Positions 19,071 through 29,198 of a stretch of DNA of 64,000 bases are shown in pieces (positions within the stretch are counted from its first letter, which is position 1; each line of letters starts with the position of its first letter). This DNA comes from Sulfolobales archaeon HS-7. GTDB lineage: Archaea > Thermoproteota > Thermoprotei_A > Sulfolobales > Sulfolobaceae. Under the pieces are notes generated by a model that was not told where the DNA came from, made no database searches, and was given only the letters and a program-made list of their open reading frames with translations. Position numbers and translations under genes: made by a program. Where the stretch lies: contig AP024596.1 of assembly GCA_019704295.1 (NCBI GenBank), positions 1,184,001 through 1,248,000 on the forward strand, written 5' to 3'.

Positions 19071-20015
19071 TTACCTACACCTAGAACTTATTTTATCAAT
19101 AAAATTATTTAAATCATCATTATTTTCCAAATACTTAATACCTCCTTTTCTTATTAACGTAACTTTAACTTTAGAGTTCGTCCTACCGGTATTATCAACT
19201 ATGTTCAATTCTACGGCATCATCCCTTGGGTTAACAGCAACACCGTAAGGTACTTTAAATTTCTTTCGATTGCTTAGTAATTCTATGTATTTAAATAATT
19301 GAATCCAATCGACGCTTTTAAATTTGAGCCTTTTTACTTCAATAGGTATATAACAATTTCCTACTTGCAACAAAGTATCTATCTTACCTTCGATTGATCT
19401 CCCGACTTCCATGAAGTTAGCAATCTCATATTCCGGGTAAACATTAAGATTGTATTCCATTAAGAGCCTGGCTAGCTCGTATTGATAAAACGCCTCATTA
19501 TCTAACCCGTAACTTTTCGCGTCGATTTTCCCCTTAGTCTCGCTAGATATAATTTTAAAGATGTCCCTGATTATACCTTCCAAATCGTTTGGAGATTGCA
19601 CGGGTAATATGCCCATGGGTATTACAGGGTTAATATATTTCAGGCATTCATAATCAAACTCATTCTTGAAAAGGAGGACATTAATATTATACGAGGCTTG
19701 ATACCTATAAGAAATTGCAAATACACCGTAAAAGGAAGGTTGTACCTGTGAAGAATACTCGACAATTTGATCTAAGGCAGGTGTCTCTGTGCGACTTTCC
19801 TTAAATTCCAATAATAACCTTAAATTCAAGTCGGAGTCCGCCAATGCGAAATCTGCCCTTTTACGCTTAATAGGCATTTCAAGCATAGGAGTAAGATACT
19901 CTACATTATTAATTATGAAATTATTCGAAATAAGTAACTTCATTACTTGAGAATAGAACATTAGTTTACCTAAACTTTCCAGATTCGGGCCTGAAGAATC
20001 CTCGACTATGGCCAT
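19071..20015 (-). CDS. Tandem PD-(D/E)xK endonuclease-domain protein
   Basis: Domain 1: RADFAL..LLEFK..DQIVEY. Domain 2: EAFYQ..PEYEI..KIDTLL..PIEVK..IQLFKY..GVAVN. Confidence 0.75.
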   Translation of the reverse strand: MAIVEDSSGPNLESLGKLMFYSQVMKLLISNNFIINNVEYLTPMLEMPIKRKRADFALADSDLNLRLLLEFKESRTETPALDQIVEYSSQVQPSFYGVFAISYRYQASYNINVLLFKNEFDYECLKYINPVIPMGILPVQSPNDLEGIIRDIFKIISSETKGKIDAKSYGLDNEAFYQYELARLLMEYNLNVYPEYEIANFMEVGRSIEGKIDTLLQVGNCYIPIEVKRLKFKSVDWIQLFKYIELLSNRKKFKVPYGVAVNPRDDAVELNIVDNTGRTNSKVKVTLIRKGGIKYLENNDDLNNFIDKISSRCR

Positions 20016-20322
20016 ATTAAGTATTATTTTTATAAAGAATAAAATAATTAACTAATAAGATAGTCCAGGCGATTAAGGTCTATTTTATTAACTACAATCA
20101 ACAGATAAGATGGATACAATAAAGTAAACTGTAGAGCAAACTATAGAGCGTAATTCCCCTAATTTGCCAATTCGAGGGTGTCGTTTACGTCTCCCTGGCG
20201 GGTTATAGAATTCTCCGCTAAATTAATATATTTTAGTAAATAATAATTTAAATATATATTCAAATAATAGGAGAAATTGGAGTACCTATAATGTTATTAC
20301 AAATATGAGAGGGGTTTACAGG

Positions 20323-20586
20323 TTATACGTGAGGGAAATGGTTGTGATTTACAAAATCCTTCAAGGGGCAGAATAGACCAAAACTCCTCCTTTCAACAAG
20401 GGAATTGAATGACTTCACAAGGTTGTTGTTTTTAGCCACTTCGCCTATAGCGAAAAGGCAGTTGAGCACATCGTTTTTGTCTACAGAGGGATTTCCATCT
20501 TTAGGGTGAGGGACGAACTTGTTTAACTCCTTCATCTCGCTCACGTTAAGCTTCAAGTGGACAACATAGTATCTCTCAACCCTCAT
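20323..20586 (-). CDS. Hypothetical small protein
   Basis: 87-aa ORF overlapping the upstream 63-aa ORF by ATGA; no motif. Confidence 0.35.
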   Translation of the reverse strand: MRVERYYVVHLKLNVSEMKELNKFVPHPKDGNPSVDKNDVLNCLFAIGEVAKNNNLVKSFNSLVERRSFGLFCPLKDFVNHNHFPHV

Positions 20587-21052
20587 TCTAGAGGTGCAAA
20601 TAGCAGACTGTAAGGCAGTACAGTCCTCAAGTGTACTCGCTTTCTCCGTACAGAGTCAGATAAAGTCTTCAATTTCGTGTGATCTCCATAAAGTATTATC
20701 CTATCATAGAATTCTCGTGTTATTCCTAACAAAAATTTAGATTTTAAACTTAAACTTAATTTTACGTCGTACACTGTAATGTACTTTCTACAAGTAAATA
20801 AACTGAAATTTTACATCGGATAACTAACTAATTTAGCTTCCGATGAAGGAGTTTTGTAACTTCTACTAATTATTTGTGTTATTCACGTTTAACACAACCC
20901 TTATGCATCTCGTGAACTAAACGCTCAGAGGAAAACTGTCCCAATAATTATGTGGGTGAGACTATCAGAGTTGTGAACCCCCACGTAGAGAATTATACCT
21001 TAAGATCCTAAGTTGAGGATAAAGATTTAACTTATTGCAAAGAGTTATCGTC

Positions 21053-22099
21053 ATGAAGTACGTAAGATTAGGGAAAAGCGGTCTAAAAGTCTCAACAGTA
21101 TGTTTGGGAACTTGGCATCTTCCGGTATCGAAAGAGCGGGACTCTTACGGGGTTTTCAAGGTAGACGTAGTTCAATCGAAGAGAGTGATTGGAAAGGCAA
21201 TTGACCTAGGGATAAACTTCATTGACACAGCGAATAGATACCACGGTGTCCTAAATGACGAGGATCCAGAACACGCTGGGACGGCGGAAAAGATTTTAGG
21301 GCAGACGATTAGGGGCTACGATAGGGAATCACTAGTAATATCCACGAAAGTAAGGGGGATGGTTGCCTATCATGAAAACGGAGAGGGGTTGTCAAGGAAG
21401 CACATAATGTGGCAGATCAGGGAATCCCTTAGGCGGTTGAACACAGATTATGTGGACATCTACTTGATGCACTGGCCTGATGTTGAAACTCCCTTAGAGG
21501 AATCCCTAGATGCAATGATCGACCTGGTTAAAATGGGAAAGGTGAATTACGTTGGAGCCAGCAACTTTCACCCAGAAGATATTGACTTCATGGTAAATTA
21601 CGTGAGAAGGGCGGGAGCCCCGTTTAACGTCATTCAAGATCAGTATAGTATATTGAGGAGGGGATTGGAAACCGATAAGGTCCCTCTGGCAAAGCGTCTG
21701 GGTCTGGGCATTATGGCCTTTTCCCCACTTGCGCAGGGGTTTCTGACCGGAAAATACCTTGATGGTATACCGCAAATGTCCAGGGCGTCTTACGTTGAGA
21801 AGATGAAAGAGTGGTATTTCACCGAGGAGAATATCAAGTTCCTCAGGGAATTTCATGAGATAGCTAAGGAAAACGGATTGAAGGATTCTCAGTTAGCCCT
21901 GTCTTGGGTGGTAAAGACAGGTGAGGTTCTGGGGGTTTCGATGATACCGACGATAAGCGTAACCTCTGTAGAACAGTTGGAGGAGAATATTGAAGGAGTG
22001 GAGTACTCCATGAGCAATGACGTTTATAGGAGATTGAACGAACTCTCGAGGAATTTCCTTAACAGAAGGTCGGAGCCACCTAAGACGACGAGGTTGTAA
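21053..22099 (+). CDS. Aldo/keto reductase
   Basis: LGKSGLKVS..CLGT, FIDTANRY, ISTK, YLMHWPD, GASN and FSPLAQG motifs. ATG at 21053 is preferred. Confidence 0.93.
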   Translation: MKYVRLGKSGLKVSTVCLGTWHLPVSKERDSYGVFKVDVVQSKRVIGKAIDLGINFIDTANRYHGVLNDEDPEHAGTAEKILGQTIRGYDRESLVISTKVRGMVAYHENGEGLSRKHIMWQIRESLRRLNTDYVDIYLMHWPDVETPLEESLDAMIDLVKMGKVNYVGASNFHPEDIDFMVNYVRRAGAPFNVIQDQYSILRRGLETDKVPLAKRLGLGIMAFSPLAQGFLTGKYLDGIPQMSRASYVEKMKEWYFTEENIKFLREFHEIAKENGLKDSQLALSWVVKTGEVLGVSMIPTISVTSVEQLEENIEGVEYSMSNDVYRRLNELSRNFLNRRSEPPKTTRL

Positions 22100-22103
22100 G
22101 GAT

Positions 22104-22961
22104 ATGAGGAAATACGTGGACGGCCATACTCACCTTTGGCCGAAAGAGTCGCTTACTCAGGAAATGAGGGAACGAGGAGAGACGGTAGGTTATTCGATAC
22201 CCGACATTAACGTAAGTGAAGTAGTAAGGGAGATGGACGAGGCTGATATAGATTTCGTTGTGGTAATAGCTTATCCTATGAGGAAACTATGGAATGCACG
22301 AGAGGATTTCCCATTGAGGGTTATAGACGCCTGCAAAGAATACCCCGACAGGTTCTCGATAGTGGGCGGAATTGAGGTAAACGAGCTAACGACAGAGGAA
22401 GTGAAAAAGTGGCTTGAAGTCCAGTACTCGTCGGGTGTAACGGGGTTCAAACTACATCCACCCCACATGTGGGTTAAGCCCAACGATTACAGGGAAGAGG
22501 AAAGGGGATTGAAAGGTCTCGAACTCCTGTACCAGTTTGCAGAGGACCACGATCTTCCGGTAATTATTCACACAGGTACTTCATTTTTCTTAACAGCTCG
22601 TAATAAGTACGCTGATCCCGTTTTCGTTGATGACGTAGCGGTTGATTTTCCCAAACTCCGAGTGATAATGGCTCATATGGGGAGACCTTCATGGACGTCC
22701 GCAGCATTTCAATTAGTGAGAATAAGGAGGAACGTCTACGGAGACTTGTCCAGTATTCCACCGAAGAGGCTTACCGAATACCTCCCACGGGTGGATGAAA
22801 TAGCGGATAAGTTAATATACGGTAGTGACGCAGGTGGTCCAGGAGTTAAAGGTCTTAAAGCACACCTGACGGAGTTCTTAAACTCTGGAGTATCCTTGAG
22901 AACGAAGGAGGTAATGACAAGGGACAACCCGAGGAAGTTCTTCAGGGTGATAGAGAGGTAG
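22104..22961 (+). CDS. Amidohydrolase family (amidohydrolase_2)
   Basis: DGHTH, FKLHP, IHTG, AHMG and YGSD metal-binding motifs. Confidence 0.9.
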   Translation: MRKYVDGHTHLWPKESLTQEMRERGETVGYSIPDINVSEVVREMDEADIDFVVVIAYPMRKLWNAREDFPLRVIDACKEYPDRFSIVGGIEVNELTTEEVKKWLEVQYSSGVTGFKLHPPHMWVKPNDYREEERGLKGLELLYQFAEDHDLPVIIHTGTSFFLTARNKYADPVFVDDVAVDFPKLRVIMAHMGRPSWTSAAFQLVRIRRNVYGDLSSIPPKRLTEYLPRVDEIADKLIYGSDAGGPGVKGLKAHLTEFLNSGVSLRTKEVMTRDNPRKFFRVIER

Positions 22962-22966
22962 AGGGA

Positions 22967-23710
22967 TTGAAGTTTTCCGTAAGAAGCGTTGTAACGGTAG
23001 TGCCTTACAGAAAAGTGGAGAACTTAACGGGGGTTCTGCGGATGCTTCCTAGAACCCAGAAAAAAGATGTTGATGTAGTCATTCCTAACTTGTGTTCCTA
23101 TAAGGTTCTACACGACAGGTTCAGGAACTCATACCTCGAGGTAAGCTGTAGGAGGTTACAAGAGGAGTTGGACATAGAGATCTCCTATACTTATGAGAGA
23201 GTGGCAGATACCGAACGCCCTGATAGCGTATTTCTGGAGTCGAGTAAATACGTTGACGTCAAAAAATTCGAGAGTCTAGGAAAGATGCTGAGGGGGGATA
23301 GGGAAGAGGAAACCTTTATCAATGCGGTTAATTACGCGAGGAAAATCCTTTCTTACGAAAGGGTGATGGACTTCAAGTCTGGATATGAGTCGGTAAAGAG
23401 GGGAATAGGGGTCTGCTTTCACTTTAGTCACGTTGTAATAGGTATTCTGAGATCTCAGGGAATACCCTCCAGGATAGTATCGGGATTAACGCCGTTCAAA
23501 GAGCGTACGGAGGAATCTCATGCTTGGGTTCAAGGTTATATAGGAAAGAAATGGATGGACGCGGATCCTACGGCTGGACTCATAGGCGTCGGGAATTACA
23601 TAACCTGGAATGTGGGTAGGGACGAATTCGATGTCAGGACCAAGTTCTCCGGGTTAGGGAAATTTCAGCTAAGGGAATATCATGAAGTAAGAGCGGTGAG
23701 GGAAAGTTAG
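22967..23710 (+). CDS. Transglutaminase-like domain protein
   Basis: GVC.HF.H, GIPSRIVSG, HAW and DADPT give a Cys-His-Asp triad. Confidence 0.85.
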   Translation: MKFSVRSVVTVVPYRKVENLTGVLRMLPRTQKKDVDVVIPNLCSYKVLHDRFRNSYLEVSCRRLQEELDIEISYTYERVADTERPDSVFLESSKYVDVKKFESLGKMLRGDREEETFINAVNYARKILSYERVMDFKSGYESVKRGIGVCFHFSHVVIGILRSQGIPSRIVSGLTPFKERTEESHAWVQGYIGKKWMDADPTAGLIGVGNYITWNVGRDEFDVRTKFSGLGKFQLREYHEVRAVRES

Positions 23711-23843
23711 CGTCATTTCAAGGGTAGATAACGACGCTGTTCTCAATTAATGAGTGGAGTATCCCTTATTGATTAATACATTTACTGAGAGTTAATAGCG
23801 GATACAGAGCAATCTATAATACCGTTCGCAACTAACAGTACCC

Positions 23844-24536
23844 ATGTGTAGAATGTTCGCATATTATGGACAATCTGCAGAGAGGTTGTTAAGCCTGTTC
23901 GGAAGTCTTCAGAGAAGTGCTGAGAGAGATTTCAGGTGTAACCACCCACACGATGACGGGTGGGGGATTGTATTGCTTACTAAGGATAAACTAATGCATT
24001 ACAGGAGCCTTCGCCCTATTTACGATGAGGAGTTCCCCTTTAACTTGAGGGATGAGGAGATGATGACAATAGTTCACGCGAGGAAGGCGTCTCCAAATTC
24101 CCCCAGGGGGGTACAGTTCTCGCATCCGTTTGTCTTGACAAATCATAACGGTACCTACTTTATGGCTCATAACGGAAGCGTAGACAAACAGAGCCTCTCT
24201 AATGAGAGGGATTTGGAAAGCGTAGTGGATAGTGAATTGCTTCTGGAATATATCGCAGGAGGAAATTCGGTGGAGAAGCTAGTTAAGGACTTTCAGGGTA
24301 AGGGCAATCAGGGGAAGAACGTAATCAACCTACTTCTCCTGGAGATTAGGAGAGATGGACAGGCTACTCTTAGTTATTACTCCTATTTCGAAAAAAATAA
24401 GGAATGTTATGAGATGTTTTATGCAGGGGACGCTATATTCTCCTCTACTATGATCGACTATGGGCAAAATGGAGAGGTAGTGGAGAGTGAAAAATTTATG
24501 ATCCTTGGAAGCATAAAGACAAGGGTCGTCAGGTAG
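23844..24536 (+). CDS. Class II glutamine amidotransferase-like Ntn hydrolase
   Basis: MCR N-terminus (Cys2 nucleophile), HDDGWG, HARKAS, HPF, AHNG and DSE motifs. Confidence 0.88.
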   Translation: MCRMFAYYGQSAERLLSLFGSLQRSAERDFRCNHPHDDGWGIVLLTKDKLMHYRSLRPIYDEEFPFNLRDEEMMTIVHARKASPNSPRGVQFSHPFVLTNHNGTYFMAHNGSVDKQSLSNERDLESVVDSELLLEYIAGGNSVEKLVKDFQGKGNQGKNVINLLLLEIRRDGQATLSYYSYFEKNKECYEMFYAGDAIFSSTMIDYGQNGEVVESEKFMILGSIKTRVVR

Positions 24537-24921
24537 TACCCAATCTTCAAGTGGCAGATCGAGAGACGTAATTTCAACTTCGTAGGAGGGGGGATCGCGA
24601 GGGATGGTCAGCCCCTCATAGAAATATCTCTTTAACGTAAAAGGTCGCGATATCCCTTAGATCTAGGGTATTATAGCTGAGCTAATGCGCTAAGTTCTAG
24701 GGGAACTTCTGTGTAGAGAAAACCCTCTATATCCCCCCACTGGAAATTATAGAATTGTTAGATGGATCCTCAGTGGGATGAAAGGGATAGAAGTTTCTCA
24801 GAGAAGAAGATCGCCATGCGTAAGCGCTCAGTTAGTACAATGAAGAAATTCAACTTAATAAGTGCCTGTAATTACCCGGAAAAAAAGATGTATTTGCTTA
24901 TATCTTTCGCACAACTCCTCA

Positions 24922-25884
24922 TTATCTTCTTCTCCTCCCGTAAACTGCTATTACGATTAAAGTAAATATGATCACGACAAGGGCTAACTCCGCTATGTAA
25001 AAGCTATTTGGAGACGTTGAAGCAGTTACGGGTTGGGAGGTCGAAGAAGATGGAACCGGGGAGGATGTAACCAGTTCTATCCCATAGCTCTTATTTTGGA
25101 GAGTGTAATTATATACATAGAGGGATAGATGAGCTCCCCCGTTGAAGGTCCCAAACTCCGTTCCTAATTCTACACCCATAAGGAAAAAGGAACTGTAGTT
25201 TCCCAACAGTTCCACTTCTTCGAAAAAGTAGGAAAGGTCGATCAAAACAGTTCCACTATCCACTGGCTCGTCCGACTCAAACGTTAGTATTCTCGTATTA
25301 GCCCCTCCCGTACCGTTGTATATCGTCCATTCAACGTTTTCGGTAACGCCATTTACCGTTACTGGGAGAGTTAAGGTCAAGTAAGGATCTCCCGCGGGAT
25401 AAAGAGAGGGCGTGTGATAAAGCCAGATCATTACCTCTAGATCACCTGGACCTGGAGAGTGTCCAGGAGAGGGCCTGTTCTCCACCCAGAAGTCGAAGGA
25501 GAAGTCGTTGGGGAGATTCTTCGGCACGTTCAATCTGTAAGAAATCGATGCAGAGTAGTTAAATGAAACGAACTTATTTAGCTCAAGGGGAAAATATAGA
25601 TATTCTTCCGGCCCCCAACTTTCATCTTCAAGGTTCCTCCCGTATCCTATCTCGGGATATCCCGCAACTACGTCATTAGGATCCTTTTCGGAAATCGAAG
25701 TTAGGTTAACGTTTGCCCTTAGCGTTCCATTAACGCACATTGTCACGTTACCAGACGCTGAACTCAAGTTCCAGAGATCGGTGTTTATACCGCCATACTT
25801 AAGAGGCGAGTAGGAATAGAGGGAAAGAGCGTTTCCAGTTATACAGGAGAACGCCAGAAAGAGCATCAATAAGTTTGAGATCAT
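24922..25884 (-). CDS. GH12 endoglucanase, membrane-anchored
   Basis: Signal peptide, GYPEIGYG, DFW, LEVMIWL, GVELGTE, Ser/Thr linker and a C-terminal TM followed by RRRR. Confidence 0.85.
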   Translation of the reverse strand: MISNLLMLFLAFSCITGNALSLYSYSPLKYGGINTDLWNLSSASGNVTMCVNGTLRANVNLTSISEKDPNDVVAGYPEIGYGRNLEDESWGPEEYLYFPLELNKFVSFNYSASISYRLNVPKNLPNDFSFDFWVENRPSPGHSPGPGDLEVMIWLYHTPSLYPAGDPYLTLTLPVTVNGVTENVEWTIYNGTGGANTRILTFESDEPVDSGTVLIDLSYFFEEVELLGNYSSFFLMGVELGTEFGTFNGGAHLSLYVYNYTLQNKSYGIELVTSSPVPSSSTSQPVTASTSPNSFYIAELALVVIIFTLIVIAVYGRRRR

Positions 25885-26240
25885 AACTGTTAATAAACTA
25901 TCAAAATTAAGAATATTTGCTTTACGTTACCGAAAACGGCTACCGAACCTGAAGGTTATACTCCTCTCATTGACAATTTTCCAGATATTACGACGACTTG
26001 ATCAAGTTCTCTAGTAATTAGAAATAAAGCCTTCTAATTTCCTCTTTCCGATAGTAGCCTATGTTTACTCTTTGAATAACTCTAAACCCCTTAGGAGAGT
26101 TTTCGCCACCTTTAAGGTTCTACGTGTTTAGTGCGAGCAATACTATTTATCTTTTCAGAAAATCTCATTATATATATTATTACAGAAATTTTAATAAATA
26201 CCACGGTAAACATATAATACTCAAAAAATCTACCTATTAT

Positions 26241-28745
26241 ATGAAGTGGTGGATATTACCCTTTATTGGGGCAATAATAGCTGTTCTTGTAATCCTCTCC
26301 TCTCCCTTTTCTATATTGAATCCATACATGGGGATCTGGAGCGAAGCATCCATCGTTACAAGGAGTGAAGTACTCAACCTCCCGAAAAACTTAACCTATG
26401 ATGGGATATTTTTCCCAACCTTAAAGCGACCGGTAAGAATAGAGGTTACTGATAACGGTGAAGGTGTAATATTAGCTAAAGATCCTTATGATCTCTATTT
26501 CGGCGAGGGATATTACCAAGCTTCGCAGAGGCTTTTCGAGATGGAGTTCTTCGGTTTAGTAGCTTCTGGAAACGTAAGCAGTTGGGTAGGTGAAGAGGGA
26601 TTAAACTCCGATTTGGCAATGCACTTAATCGGTATTCCCTATAACGCTAATTTGACCTTGAATTGCTTAAGAATGAAATATCCGGTAATATACTCCTATT
26701 TGGAGGCTTTCTCTAACGGGGTCAACGCCTATATTTCCCAACTGAACTCTAGGGATGAACCCCTATGTTTTAGGCTCTTGCACGCCAAGCCCTATCTATG
26801 GTCCCCCTATTACACTTTAGCTTTCGCAGAGTTCATGGCTTGGGGACTTACCTCGGGTTTCTCTGGGGAAATTCAATCGGCGATGATATACGCGTCGTTC
26901 AACTACTCAATAGCGTCGTTGTTAAACCCCTACTACCCGTATTTCACCAACGGTAACATTACTATGATGCCTGGAGACGGCACGATAAACGGCTATAATC
27001 TCACAGATCAGGGAGTAAATCCCTCTTATTTATGGTCGTTAAACTGGTATCAGGATTGGGCGATCGGTATACCCAAAAGTACATTACAATCGATAATACC
27101 GCTAATGAATTACTCGCTTAACAATATATCGGATCCATTAACGAATTTCATTGACTTCGGAAGTAATTCATGGGTTGTCTCTGGAAATAAGAGTACTACG
27201 GGTTTCCCGATCCTCGCTAATGATCCTCACCTAACTCTGTATTTCCCCTCAGTGTGGATCCAAGTCTGGCTAATGGGAGGGGGATATAACGTAAGCGGGT
27301 GGGCACTGGCGGGAATTCCAGGAGTGTTAATAGGTCATACTAACCAAACCGCATGGGGACTAACTACACCCTTCGGAGCGTCATCTGACGCTTACCTTGA
27401 GGTCCTTAAGGGGAATGATTACCTGTATGAAGGGAATTACCTTCCCATGAAGCATGTCTCATTCGTGCTTTTAGGCAAAAAATACTCAGTTTACTATACT
27501 AATAATGGCCCCCTTGTAGCTCGCGAGGGGAATTACGGGATAAGCCTCTATTGGCCAGCTCAGCAATCCCCGATGACCACTGTAGTTGCCGAATTCCTAT
27601 TGGATAACTCGACGTCTTTTGCAGACCTGCTTAGGGCCGCGGAACTGTGGAATTTTCCCCCTCAAAACATGGCGCTTGTGGGAAGACATAATTTCGGCAT
27701 TATAAACGCGGGGACTTATCCCCTGATAAACGAGACGCTCCCCGACGGAAGGAACGTCATGGTTATAGGTTCTAGAGGACCTCTTAACGGTTCTTCCGGA
27801 AGATACGAACCTGTGGGATTCGTTCCATTCAAGTACCTTCCTCAAACTATAGATCCCGAGAGGGGTTACGCGTTTGCACCGAATCAGCCTACGGCTTGGG
27901 TTAATTACCCGTTTCCGCTAATTGGAGGATATTGGGTGTCAGACGGGAGAGCACTGGATGTGTATCATTACCTAAGCGTTGTTCAAAAACTCTCTATATC
28001 GAACATGATGGGATTACAAGGAAATGTTACTGACTACTGGTCTTATCTACTTAAGCCGTATCTGGTGAACTCCCTTAAAGGGATGAATATGTCAGGTTTG
28101 GAGTCTAAGGCATATAGTTACCTCCAAGAATGGAATTCAACCTTCTATCAGGGGGAAGTGGGACCTACCGTGTATACATATCTCATTGCAGAGATGGTCA
28201 ATACCTCTCTCAACTCGTTCCTCCTTAAAAAGGGAATTTACTTTTACACGCAGACTAGCGATTCTTATATTCCCTCGCTCTTCCTCTACTTAGCTATTAA
28301 CCAACCCAACTCAACGCTATTTAACGGCAACTTCACCTTCTTCGTAAGGGAAAATTTCGCAAGGGAAATTTCCTTTCTATCTCTAGAACTAAACCAGAAC
28401 GTCTCTTCATGGACGTGGGGGAAAGTACATTACGTGGAGTTCTATAGTCCTTTGGGAATTACCGCCCTTTCCTTAGGGCCTTATCCAGAATGGGGAGACT
28501 CCTTTACACTATCTGCGGGATACTTCCCATATGTTTTACAGGTTCCGCTCCCTTACGTTACGATAGGACCATCGCTCAGGTTCATAGCCTCCCCAGGTTC
28601 CGACCAATTCTATGGCGTTTTTCCTGGAGGCTCAACGGAAAACATTCTGAGTCCTTTAGCTTACGTTCAACTAAATAAGTGGCTTGACTTTGAGTATTAC
28701 AACATGAACAACGTTAGCGTTAACTATACTATAACTCTAAAGTGA
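26241..28745 (+). CDS. Penicillin acylase family (S45) Ntn hydrolase, secreted
   Basis: GSNSWVVSG..S.TG..ILANDPHL beta-chain start, GVNAYI, WGLT and PGG motifs. Start MKWW at 26241 gives a signal anchor. Confidence 0.9.
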   Translation: MKWWILPFIGAIIAVLVILSSPFSILNPYMGIWSEASIVTRSEVLNLPKNLTYDGIFFPTLKRPVRIEVTDNGEGVILAKDPYDLYFGEGYYQASQRLFEMEFFGLVASGNVSSWVGEEGLNSDLAMHLIGIPYNANLTLNCLRMKYPVIYSYLEAFSNGVNAYISQLNSRDEPLCFRLLHAKPYLWSPYYTLAFAEFMAWGLTSGFSGEIQSAMIYASFNYSIASLLNPYYPYFTNGNITMMPGDGTINGYNLTDQGVNPSYLWSLNWYQDWAIGIPKSTLQSIIPLMNYSLNNISDPLTNFIDFGSNSWVVSGNKSTTGFPILANDPHLTLYFPSVWIQVWLMGGGYNVSGWALAGIPGVLIGHTNQTAWGLTTPFGASSDAYLEVLKGNDYLYEGNYLPMKHVSFVLLGKKYSVYYTNNGPLVAREGNYGISLYWPAQQSPMTTVVAEFLLDNSTSFADLLRAAELWNFPPQNMALVGRHNFGIINAGTYPLINETLPDGRNVMVIGSRGPLNGSSGRYEPVGFVPFKYLPQTIDPERGYAFAPNQPTAWVNYPFPLIGGYWVSDGRALDVYHYLSVVQKLSISNMMGLQGNVTDYWSYLLKPYLVNSLKGMNMSGLESKAYSYLQEWNSTFYQGEVGPTVYTYLIAEMVNTSLNSFLLKKGIYFYTQTSDSYIPSLFLYLAINQPNSTLFNGNFTFFVRENFAREISFLSLELNQNVSSWTWGKVHYVEFYSPLGITALSLGPYPEWGDSFTLSAGYFPYVLQVPLPYVTIGPSLRFIASPGSDQFYGVFPGGSTENILSPLAYVQLNKWLDFEYYNMNNVSVNYTITLK

Positions 28746-29107
28746 GGAAAATGATAAGAGCTATTATTTCAATTTTAGCCTCAATAGTGATAAGTTATGC
28801 TACCCTCATTTTATTACCCATTACGTTGTTTGCAGTAGCAATAGGCATACCTTTGTTTTTGATTAAGCCTAGGTATTCTGGAATTTATGGATTTGCAATT
28901 GGGTTGTTGACATCTCTCTCCATTTACCTGCTCTATTCGCCCTCAGCAGTTTATCAACTATCGGTAAGGACGGGGGAGATCATTGGTATTCCAGGATCTG
29001 TTCTAATTATACTGTATCCGTTAATTTATGCTGTTATAGCTGGACTGTCCTCACTTCTCTTCTCGGGAATTTATGAAATTGCAAAAAATATAGGAAATCG
29101 CAGGTAA
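28742..29107 (+). CDS. Small membrane protein
   Basis: Hydrophobic 121 aa; GTGA-type coupling with the acylase gene end. Confidence 0.65.
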   Translation: MRKMIRAIISILASIVISYATLILLPITLFAVAIGIPLFLIKPRYSGIYGFAIGLLTSLSIYLLYSPSAVYQLSVRTGEIIGIPGSVLIILYPLIYAVIAGLSSLLFSGIYEIAKNIGNRR

Positions 29108-29198
29108 GGTTCTATTAGTATGGGTATTGCATTATAACTTCGCAATAGTTCAATACGTTCTTCACGATTTTTTTAAACGATAAGGGTTATAATAAATC

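Noticed and set aside
17800-20800. Integrated provirus or classical restriction-modification system
   Set aside because: No integrase, att/tRNA site, other viral genes or methyltransferase are present.
26124-26240. N-terminal extension of the penicillin acylase ORF
   Set aside because: It is AT-rich promoter-like sequence; the ATG at 26241 begins a proper signal anchor.
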